A stretch of 64,000 nt of DNA, taken from Tubulanus polymorphus (taxonomy: Eukaryota > Animalia > Nemertea). The notes under the pieces are model-generated. The model saw only the letters and a list, made by a program, of their open reading frames with translations, did no database searches and was not told the origin of the DNA. Where the stretch lies: NCBI RefSeq assembly GCF_964204645.1, contig NC_134028.1, positions 25,044,345 through 25,108,344 on the forward strand. Reading direction: 5' to 3'. A program made the translations under genes and the position numbers. Shown piece after piece: positions 41,599 to 52,588 of this stretch. The number at the start of each line of letters is the position of its first letter. Position 1 is the stretch's first letter.

Positions 41599-42953
41599 AT
41601 GACCGGTTTACTCGTGGTTGTAATATCCTTACTCGGGCTATGTCACATGTCTGTGGCCTGGAAAAACCAATGGGACCAACCTCTCAATTTCCAGTGTCCT
41701 AATAATCAACACATTCAGTGGTTTAAGAGTCGACACGATAATGGTCGCGAAGATCGACTGTTTGACATGAACTGCCGACCGGGATACGTCGGAACTGATT
41801 GCAGTTGGACTGGTTACCTGAATGACTGGGATCGAGTTGTAAGCTTCGTTTGTCGTAAGGGCATAGTCACCGGGTTCCATAGTTACCACGATAATGGAAA
41901 AGAGGATCGACGATGGAAGTTGCGTTGTTGCAAAGTAAGTTAACAGAATTCCCTTAAGTTTTCCCATTTCTAGACGCCGGTTCAGAATCAAAATTATCAA
42001 TTTTTGTTTGTATGCAGTTGGTGACCAAACCCGGACAATCATGTTACTGGACTAGCTATCTGGCTAACTGGGACAGTCAAATTGACTACAGTTTCCCTAA
42101 TGGACAAGCAATGGTCGGCATGTACAGTAAACACGACAACGGAAAAGAGTAAGTAGTTTTGTACAAATTCAAGATGAGAATTTGAGATTCGAGAATCACA
42201 ATCACATTTATGAACGCTTTGTTTTATAATTTCAGGGATCGATTGTTCAGGTTTAGAATGTGTCGTTTCGCTGTGTGTAAAGCCGTCGGTATGAAAATTC
42301 TCGACCAGTTACAATCAACACATACCGGCACACGAGTTGTCGGTATTGCTACAACTCAGGGTTGTTCGACTGGTCACGAATTCATGCTGAATCTTGGCGG
42401 AACCGATAGCGTTGTCGAGACCAGTTCATTCACTACTTCGACAGAGAAATCATTCACTTTTGAGACAACTCTATCGGTCACAGCTGAGACTTCTGCTAAA
42501 TTCCTGGGTACGGGTAGCTCCGTTTCATTCGGAATGTCTCGGTCGATTGGTGGGTCGTCAACTTGGGGCAGCTCCTACGAGAAGGCGACATCTGTCGGCA
42601 GGGAGAGTACCGCCGCAACGGAAGTTACGTTTACCGGCCCCGGCGCTGCTTTGATAATGGCTGACGTCAGAGAGTACAGAATAAACACCAAGAGTGTGAA
42701 TGTCGAATACGATATTCATTGCGATGACGGAGCCAGGTACAAAGAGAGGGGTGTCGTCAATCTAAGCCTGAAAACTTACGGCGTCACGCATTTCTCCTCT
42801 TACACCGCTAAGTACAACCCAGGTCGCTGCTCGAGATCGACGAATGAATGCATCAGACAACTCGATGGTAAGAAGGCGTTGAACCCTTACACCATTGTAG
42901 CTGATTTCAAGAGATGTTTTCAAGGCGGAGTTGGTACCGTTAATAAGAAGTAG
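41599..42953 (+). CDS. Toxin copy C: dermatopontin/hemagglutinin plus aerolysin-like pore-forming domain (394 aa)
   Basis: Exons 41599-41934, 42018-42148, 42236-42953; signal peptide MTGLLVVVISLLGLCHMSVA; three dermatopontin repeats; Ser/Thr-rich beta-PFT-like C-terminus. Confidence 0.9.
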
Positions 42954-43580
42954 ACGGCGACGTTCAATTTGTCGTTAATTAATTGTTAGTTAATAAGTTA
43001 TCGTTAATTAAAAAACTTCATACATAAAATCTATATGTCATATCAATGTTTCAATCGAGAGGATTCTCATGGCACGTTTCATTTCTTATGCAAAATCGTA
43101 AATTCACGATGCAGTTGTGTCATTTCACGACGTAATCCAGAAAGCAGCTAAACAACCAATTGAAGAATAGACTGGCCATGAAACATTTACATTACGGAAA
43201 CATTAGAGGATTCACGTGAAATTAGCAGTTCGTTTTCGATTTATTCGACATCATTTGCACTCTGCTAAACGTTGATGACATAACCTGTGGCGAGCGAATA
43301 TCTACAAAACCGCTCGGCCTTCCCCGAGGATGCTTGGGTGTTTATTTTTCGGGACCTAAAAATCCATTTCAACCCCGATTAAAAATGAACTACATAATTC
43401 AAGAATAAACTTCGCTAAAGTTCCTGAACCTCGAAATCGATTAATGCGATTCGTTTATGTGAAAATAAAAATATGTTATTACTTTTTATCGTTCATCCGG
43501 TTTCGTTCGATAATAAAATGTATATAATGACTCCACTTTCGTTTCTCAGTGACAATATTTATTGTACGTGCCAGATCAAT

Positions 43581-45333
43581 ATGTCGATTATTGTTGGTCT
43601 GACCGTTTTTCTGGTCGGGCTGTTAACGTCCGCCGCAGCGAACCAAAATCAGTGCGGGTGCGTGCCTTCAAAGATGTCCGGTAAGTTTGACGTCAGAACT
43701 ACGAGTTCGCTGAGTTTGCTTCGTCCCGAAATAAAACCATTTAGGGTGTCTGGAATGTAAGTGGAAGCTTCGACTATTTTCTCAGTTCCCTGAGCGATAA
43801 AAAGACAAATATATTCTATGCTAATTTTTTACAGTTTCGACATCGATCATCAAACTAACCGCTTCCATTGGATATTGTGGAACGCTGATTACGAGACGGG
43901 GGAAAAGACGACGTTCGCTTTTGATTTTTACGGTGATCTGGCGAACAATGTAAATGCGTCGCGTAAATATCAAACATAACAGAAAATAATCGAACAGCAT
44001 TATTAAAACTTACCGTCAATGAATTATTTTTCTAGCATTATCAGCTTACCCGGGATCAGAGCTGTATCAACGTCAAAAATAGCTTCTACTTCGGGATGTT
44101 AAAAGGCATGGTGAAATCTGCATGTTATTTACGTAAGTTTAGCCCGACAACGATGTACTATATCTTAGTGCGAGATAATAAATAATCCCACAATTAAATA
44201 CATCTATAAAATCTATTCTTCTGACAGTTTAGAGATTTGCCTAAATCACATCTTCATAGAAACAGTAATGAAAAAACATCGATTATTATTTTTTTCATTT
44301 ATGTTTGTCTGAAGTTGAGATTTAGTTCATTCTCGAAACTAATAAGGCAAATAAATGTAAGTAATCATCAATGAAAAAGTGAATTCAGTTATTTTTCTCT
44401 GAGGCGATAAAACCGAGTATACATGTCTTCTTATTGTCAATAACCGACTGTATATTTAATGGTTCCAGTTTTACAACGCTGTACAAATGACTGCCTTGAA
44501 TTAGACGAATAAATCATAATTTCGTTCAACACACAGGTGACGACGCAGAAAAGAAGGAGAATGGCGGTTTCATTAGCTACAATGCAAATGCCATGAACGT
44601 ATTCTTCCACGCTATAACATGTCGACTGACGAAAGCATCAGCTAAAGGTTTCCTGTTCGGTGAGTTTTATTTATTTACATTTTTCAAAGTTAAGGCTAAG
44701 TTTATATATGAAATGCAATCATGTTCAACCTTTCAGGCGCATTTGATTTTGAAGTCATTTTCGACGGTGACGTTTCTTATTCAAAACCTCCAGCCACATG
44801 TCCTAATCCGGCGATCGTATTATTGGACTACAGCGTAAGTGTATCCTGCGTCTATTTGCACAAAACTGTTCGTCTCAAATGTTTGATTAGGTTATATAAA
44901 CGTTTTAAACCGTTTTTACTTCGATAATAACAATCATACTGATAACAAGTATAAGGATTATAATGATTTATCGCTTATGAGCGCTTTCCATCCTTAAAAT
45001 CTCTACGCTCTTTAAAAACAGTGAAATATTAGTAATTTCTTATCAATCAAAAAACTCAACTACTGCTTAAACTGCTGCTCTAATTTCTACTTAAACTCTT
45101 GAAAGCTTTTTATCCTTAACTAAAACCTCACTCATTTAACTTTTTAAACATTTTGGTGTAGCCGGAAGCTATCTGTGAGACTGGTTTTACAGTGATATTG
45201 TAGGCCTAAATCGACCGTGTTTTCTGTTCAGCATTTCCATAGATCTTCTATTTTTCAGGGGGAAAATCTCGAAACAGTTGTGAACATGTTCGCACCGTTC
45301 GACGAGGTTTTAAAGATGGGGCCGCAGTGGTAG
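43581..45333 (+). CDS. Secreted protein E3, probably ependymin-related (227 aa, 6 exons)
   Basis: Exons 43581-43756, 43835-43949, 44036-44132, 44537-44659, 44737-44834, 45259-45333: MSIIVGLTVFLVGLLTSAAA-NQNQCGCVPSKMSGKFD...FDIDHQTNRFHWILWNADYETGEKTTFAFD...SCIN...ACYL...AITCRL...KPPATCPNPAI...QW*. Confidence 0.83.
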
Positions 45334-45771
45334 AATATGAGACGTGCCGGATGGACGTCTATACAGAGGAACCTTGTATTTCATAAACTCGACTGATATC
45401 TTGTTCAACAAATCAAATGAATTGATACGTGAATTGAATAAAATGCATCAATCTATTTTGCACAGAATTGTCTTCGTTGTTTGTTTACCGATTTCCTCAA
45501 TCTTGAAAATATCATCAAAATGGTAGTATCCATTTTTCGATTATAGCAAATTTGATCCATGCGTCACATATCGTGCGGTATTCAGAAGGTCGTTAGATAA
45601 TTCTTCAGCTGGCTGTTCACAAGACACACTTTAAACGGATAATACTACGACAGGTCCTCGTGCATCTGGATTATTTAAATGTAATCTGGAGTCTACGTCT
45701 TCACTGCCAAAAACAGATATGAACAATGATTGACCACACGCCGTAGTGATAAAACAAAATAGTTATTTTAT

Positions 45772-47558
45772 ACACATGTATTCTGATCATAAAGAAATTT
45801 GCAAATATCAATATTATGTGAATCATAATCTTGTTCTTGACAATGAAAACATATTTCATGTATGATTTACTCGTGCCCGATTTAAAACGTAGCTAGCTCC
45901 GGCTGATATATGGTGACTACACGACTGTGACTGTGAATGACTGCATTGAGTTCGGATTCCTTCACGGTTTAAACATTAACCGCAACCATTAACTTATGCT
46001 GAATTTGAATCTTACAAAGATATTCAACATGCACGCTACGCCGATACTGGGATTTCATTTGTCGACCAAAAATGCACCAGTCGACCACGTGACTGGTGCG
46101 GTCTTCTATAAATGTCACGAATCTTGTGAACGTGTTCACTTGCTGTTTGGACGTGGCTGTCTTGTTCTAACGGAGTCGAATTTCTGAAGTTGTAAAGCCG
46201 ATTGAAGGTAACGCGTTTCACGATGTTTCGCTGTTTGATAGACTTTTATTCATATTTCTCGTTTTGAACGTTAGTTGTTAACTTTTATTCTGCTATTTTT
46301 CAGATGACTGGTTTACTCGTGGCTGTAATATCCTTACTCGGGATATGTCACATGTCTGTGGCCTGGAAAAACCAATGGGACCGACCTCTCAATTTCCAGT
46401 GTCCTAATAATCAACACATTCAGTGGTTTAAGAGTCGACACGATAATGGTCGCGAAGATCGACTGTTCGACATGAACTGCCGACCGGGATACGTCGGAAC
46501 TGATTGCAGTTGGACTGGTTACCTGAATGACTGGGATAAACTCGTTAATTTCGTGTGTCCCCATAACGGCATAGTCACCGGGTTCCATAGTTACCACGAT
46601 AATCACAGAGAGGACAGAAGATGGAAGTTGCGATGTTGCAAAGTAAGTTCACCGGATTAGCTCGACATTAAGTTTGCCGTTTTCTAGAAACTGGTTATAA
46701 TCCGCTGTAATTCGCCTAACCTTTTACACAGGTTGCTAGACCTGGACAGTCGTGTTACTGGTCTGGCTGGCTCGCTGACTGGGATCAGGAAATCGACTAC
46801 AGTTTCCCTAAAGGAATGGCAATGACCGGCATGAAGAGTATACACGATAACGGAAGAGAGTAAGTGTATTTTCGGTCAAAATTATTCCGCCATGATTCTT
46901 CGGTTATAAAACAAAAATTGTGTTTTATACTTTCAGGGATCGATTGTTTGAGTTCAGAATGTGTTTTTATGATTAGTGAATTCAAGAAGTTGGAGTTGAC
47001 GACGACGATTCATTCATCGATAATTACTTTATAATATTGTTATTCATCGATAATTACTTTATAATATTGTTAATTAGATTTCGATCTATGAATAAAATAA
47101 GCAAGTTATAGAATATATGAGTGAGTTTTCTTTTGGAATCTTGTTCTTAGACTCGCGACATTTTCCTTTTAATGGGAGGAGCTGACAGCACATGTTCCAT
47201 ACAGAAATCGGAAGGACTCGATTCACTAAATGCGGAGCCATCCGTCTGAAAAATATATTAAGACAAGATTTTAGTAAAATCAAAACGACCTCAAGTAATA
47301 TAGATTACCTTTCCGGCCTGGTTTTCGCCCACCATCGATAATGATTTTTTTATCAGATTTATATGAATAAATAAGCAAAATAATATGAATCTTTGTTTTT
47401 TTTGGAAAAACGTCGTTGCATGTCGTTCTTTGAAGAAGTGTTGCCTTTACTCGGGGAAAAGACCAAATGATTTGACGTTTGCTTAGAAAATGTTTCACTC
47501 GTTAACTCTAGTCGTATACATTACTTTGATGGGGAATTATTGAAAGAAAAAGAATTTC
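45772..47558 (+). repeat. ~1.75 kb segment (lectin-only gene D plus flanks) duplicated in direct orientation at ~50292-51959
   Basis: Shared start ACATGTATTC.GATCA.AAGAAATT and shared end TTACTTTGATGGGGAA..GAA.GAAAAAGAA.TTC; exon 1 encodes the identical protein. Confidence 0.9.
46304..46976 (+). CDS. Lectin-only paralogue D: secreted dermatopontin/hemagglutinin protein without the pore-forming domain (168 aa)
   Basis: Exons 46304-46642, 46732-46859, 46937-46976; same intron positions as the toxins, but exon 3 ends DRLFEFRMCFYD*. Confidence 0.88.
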
Positions 47559-47560
47559 AG

Positions 47561-48030
47561 ATGACCGGTTTACTTGCGGTAGTAATATCCTACTCGGGAT
47601 ATGTCATACTTCTCTGGCTTGGAAAAAAACCGTTGGGACCGACCGACATTTAGTGGATTTAAGAGTCGACACGATAAGATGTTCGGCATGAGCTATCGAT
47701 CGGGTTACGGCAGAACTGATTGCAGTTGGACTGGTTACCTAAATGACTGGGACCGTTAACTTCGTGTGTCCCTTATAACGGCATAGCCACCGGGTTTTAT
47801 AGTTACCACGATTATGGAAAAGTGGACAGAAGATGGAAGTTGCGATGTTGCAAAGTAAGTTTACCGCATTTGCAAAGTTTGCCTATTTCTCTAGCAAGCG
47901 TTTATGATTCGCACATTCAGCTTTATACAGGGCTAGAAAACCGGGACAGTCGTGTTACTGGTCTGGCTGGCTCGCTGACTGGGATCAGGAAATGGACTAC
48001 AGTTTCCCTTACGGAATGGCAATGACTGGC
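47561..48030 (+). pseudogene. Dermatopontin-type pseudogene (psi-E), frameshifted and truncated in exon 2
   Basis: Begins ATGACCGGTTTACTTGCGG like the paralogues but has several indels, lacks the conserved promoter/UTR exon, and breaks off at ~48030 next to the inverted F block. Confidence 0.88.
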
Positions 48031-48192
48031 CTATCCTTCAACTGGTTGGTGATTTTGCATAAGAATTGAAACGTGCCATAAGAATCCTCGATTTAAACAT
48101 TGAAATGACATATAGATTTTATGTATGAAGTTTTTTAATTAACGATAACTTATTAACTAACAATTAATTAACGACAAATTGAACGTCGCCGT

Positions 48193-49547
48193 CTATTTCT
48201 TATTAACGGTACCAACTCCGCCTTGAAAACATCTCTTGAAATCAGCGACAATGGTGTAAGGGTTCAACGCCTTCTTACCATCGAGTTGTCTGATGCATTC
48301 ATTCGTCGATCTCGAGCAGCGACCTGGGTTGTACTTAGCGGTGTAAGAGGAGAAATGTGTGACGCCGTAAGTTTTTAGGCTTAGATTGACGACACCCCTC
48401 TGTTTGTACCTGGCTCCGTCATCGCAATGAATATCGTATTCAACATTCACACTCTTTGTGTTTATTCTGTACTCTCTGACGTCAGCCATTATCAAAGCAG
48501 CGCCGGGGCCGGTGAACGTAACTTCCGTTGCAGCGGTACTCTCCCTGCCGACAGATGTCGCCTTCTCGTAGGAGCTGCCCCATGTCGTAGACCCGCCAAA
48601 CGACTGCGACACTCCGAATGACACGGAGCCACCCGTACCCAGGAATTTTGCCGAGGTCTCAGCTGTGACCGATAGAGTTGTCTCAAACGTGAATGATTTC
48701 TCTGTCGAAGTAGTGAATGAACTTGTCTCGACAACGCTATCGGTTCCGCCAAGATTCAGCATGAATGAATGACCAGTCGCACAACCCTGAGTTGTAGCAA
48801 TACCGACAACTCGTGTGCCGGTATGTGTTGATTGTAACTGGTCGAGAATTTTCATACCGACGGCTTTACACACAGCGAAACGACACATTCTAAACCTGAA
48901 CAATCGATCCCTGAAATTATAAAACAAAGCGTTCATAAATGTGATTGTGATTCTCGAATCTCAAATTCTCATCTTGAATTTGTACAAAACTACTTACTCT
49001 TTTCCGTTGTCGTGTTTACTGTACATGCCGACCATTGCTTGTCCATTAGGGAAACTGTAGTCAATTTGACTGTCCCAGTTAGCCAGATAGCTAGTCCAGT
49101 AACATGATTGTCCGGGTTTGGTCACCAACTGCATACAAACAAAAATTGATAATTTTGAGTCTGAACCGGCGTCTAGAAATGGGAAAACTTAAGGGAATTC
49201 TGTGAACTTACTTTGCAACAACGCAACTTCCATCGTCGATCCTCTTTTCCATTATCGTGGTAACTATGGAACCCGGTGACTATGCCCTTACGACAAACGA
49301 AGCTTACAACTCGATCCCAGTCATTCAGGTAACCAGTCCAACTGCAATCAGTTCCGACGTATCCCGGTCGGCAGTTCATGTCAAACAGTCGATCTTCGCG
49401 ACCATTATCGTGTCGACTCTTAAACCACTGAATGTGTTGATTATTAGGACACTGGAAATTGAGAGGTTGGTCCCATTGGTTTTTCCAGGCCATTGAAATG
49501 TGACATATCCAGAGTAAGGATATTACAACCACGAGTAAACCGGTCAT
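48193..49547 (-). CDS. Toxin copy F: dermatopontin/hemagglutinin plus aerolysin-like pore-forming domain (394 aa; inverted duplicate of C)
   Basis: Exons 49547-49212, 49128-48998, 48910-48193; intact frame; nearly identical to copy C including introns. Confidence 0.9.
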
Positions 49548-50803
49548 CTGAAAAATAGCAGAAACAAACGATTAAAAGGAGAAATACGAATAATTCTATC
49601 AAACAGCGAAACATCGTGAAACGCGTTACCTTCAATCAGCTTTACAACTTCAGAAATTCGACTCCGTTAGAACAAGACAGCGACGTTCAAACAACGTGTG
49701 AGTGGATTCGCGAAATTCGTGGTATTTATAGGAGACCTAGCCAGTCACGTGGTCTACTGGTGCATTTTCAGTTGACCAATGAAGTCCCGGTATTGGTGTG
49801 GTGCACGTTGAATAGTGTTACACTTAGTATGATTCCAGTTTAGAATCATTTGATCGTGGCTGCTGTTTGAACCGTGACTGAACTAAATCCGGAAATTCAC
49901 ATTCACAGTCGTTTAGTGAACATACACAGATGAAATAAGTAATTTAACGACAGAATTAATATACACATCTTTAGTTCCTAACAAACTGCAATTTGAGGTC
50001 ATTCCCCCTAAACACAGCGAAAAACACCGGATACGATTCGATCTAACGACCTAAAGCACGATAACATCATTGCTTTGCCCACGCGCATTTAAACTCAAAT
50101 ATCTCTGTCGATTGGTTCGTATATAATCGAGTTTTGATTAAAAAGAAAGCTTGTGATGCGAAATGATGCAACTGAACAAACTGTTGTTTATCTGCGCTAT
50201 GTTAAACCGGAATGATATGATTACACAGTTACTATATAAAACAGCGTGTGTTTTGTTTCCAAAATCAAATCCTGTTACGATTAGTTGGTAATACATGTAT
50301 TCCGATCAAAAGAAATTCGAAATATCAAAATTTTGTGAATCATAATCTTGTCCTTGGCAATGAAAACATATTTCATGTATGATGTACTCTTGCCCGATTC
50401 AAAACGTAGCTAGCTCCGGTTGATATGGTGACTACACGACTGTGACTGTGATTGACTGGATTGAGTTCGGATTCTTTCACGGTTTAAACTAACTTGTGCT
50501 AAATTTGAATCTAACAAAGATATTCAACATGCACGCTACGCCGATACTGGGATCTCATTTGTCGACCAAAAATGCACCAGTCGACCACGTGACCGGTAAG
50601 TTCTTCTATAAATGTCATGAATCTTGCGAACGTGTTCACTTGCTGTTTGGACGTGGCTGTCTTGTTCTAACGGAGTCGAATTTCTGAAGTTGTAAAGCCG
50701 ATTGAAGGTAACGCGTTTCACGATGTTTCGCTGTTTGATAGACTTTTATTCATATTTCTCGTTTTGAACGTTAGTTGTTAACTTTTATTCTGCTATTTTT
50801 CAG

Positions 50804-51456
50804 ATGACTGGTTTACTCGTGGCTGTAATATCCTTACTCGGGATATGTCACATGTCTGTGGCCTGGAAAAACCAATGGGACCGACCTCTCAATTTCCAGT
50901 GTCCTAATAATCAACACATTCAGTGGTTTAAGAGTCGACACGATAATGGTCGCGAAGATCGACTGTTCGACATGAACTGCCGACCGGGATACGTCGGAAC
51001 TGATTGCAGTTGGACTGGTTACCTGAATGACTGGGATAAACTCGTTAATTTCGTGTGTCCCCATAACGGCATAGTCACCGGGTTCCATAGTTACCACGAT
51101 AATCACAGAGAGGACAGAAGATGGAAGTTGCGATGTTGCAAAGTAAGTTCACCGGATTAGCTCGACATTAAGTTTGCCGTTTTCTAGAAACTGGTTATAA
51201 TCCGCAGGTTGCTAGACCTGGACAGTCGTGTTACTGGTCTGGCTGGCTCGCTGACTGGGATCAGGAAATCGACTACAGTTTCCCTAACGGAATGGCAATG
51301 ACCGGCATGAAGAGTATACACGATAACGGAAGAGAGTAAGTGTATTTTCGGTCAAAATTATTCCGCCATGATGAGAATTTCTTCGGTTATAAAACAAAAC
51401 TGTTTTATACTTTCAGGGATCGATTGTTTGAGTTCAGAATGTGTTTTTATGATTAG
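50804..51456 (+). CDS. Lectin-only paralogue G (168 aa; duplicate of D)
   Basis: Exons 50804-51142, 51208-51335, 51417-51456; intron 1 is 24 nt shorter than in D; ends MCFYD*. Confidence 0.87.
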
Positions 51457-52588
51457 TGAATTCTAGAAGTTGTGGAGTTGTGGAGAAGTTGTGGACGACG
51501 ATTCATTCATCGATAATTACTTTGTAAAATTGTTATTCATTGATAATTACTTTATAATATTGTTAATTAGATTTCGATCTATGAATAAAATAAGCAAGTT
51601 ATAGAATATGAGTGAGTTTTCTTTAAGACTCGCGACATTTTCCTTGGAGGAGCTGACGGCGCATGTTCCATACAGAAATCGACCTCAAGTAATTTAGAAT
51701 ACTTTTCCGGCCTGGTATCCGCGCACCATCGATAATGATTTTGTTATCAGATTTCGATATGAATAAATAAGCAAATAATATGAATCTTCGTTTTTCTTTT
51801 GGGAATACGTCATTGCTTGTCGTTCTTTAAAAAAATGTTCCCTTTACTAAACTCGAGGTAAAGAACAAATGATTTGACGTTTGCTTAGAAAATGTTTTAC
51901 TCGTTAACTCTAGATATCATATACATTACTTTGATGGGGAATGAAGGAAAAAGAAATTCTTTGGTGAAATATGTAGCTATAACGATTGTCTGCGCCTCTG
52001 CGTTCATTTTTTTTTTTGATGAATGAATTTACTTTTCTAGAACCTATATCAATCATCAATGGCTATAAACTATATGTCAAAAATAGTATTTATCATTTCC
52101 TTAGTTCTAACTGTTGATCGATAGCCTTTACGTGCTACTTGCTTGTTTTTCCATTTTGTACGTATGTATCCTAATGTTTGGTCACGTGTGCACATGAGAG
52201 TGAATGGGGGGTGTGCATGTGGGAGTGAATGGACGAGGGATTTGCGAGAACTTTGGCTTTTCCTAATTCCTCGCATAATCTATTGCTACGATGATTGTTA
52301 TTATATTTTCATACTGTTCCGTATCATATTGTGATTGAATATCTTTGTATCAATCTATAAGCAAAATAAACTATACTAACTATACTGATTGTGTAATGGA
52401 ACGAGAGTGGTTTACCCACGAAATAACTCTATCGCTTACTGCTTAGGCTTCGTTTTGCCAGATAAACATAAGTTTGTTTCTAAAATTCAAATACCCTTTT
52501 CTTTTGAGACGTTTTCTGGTTTCATTGAGTAGGATTTTTAATTCATTATTCATTGAATTTAGACTGAAAATAAGACGAAATCCATATT

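Larger units (their letters stand above)
40851..43097 (+). repeat. ~2.25 kb segment (intergenic region plus toxin C) duplicated in inverted orientation at ~48051-50285
   Basis: Boundaries match as reverse complements: 40851 ACTAATTGTAACAGGATTTG with 50285, and GGCACGTTTCATTTCTTATGCAAAATC ending 43097 with 48051. Introns and flanks are nearly identical. Confidence 0.9.
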
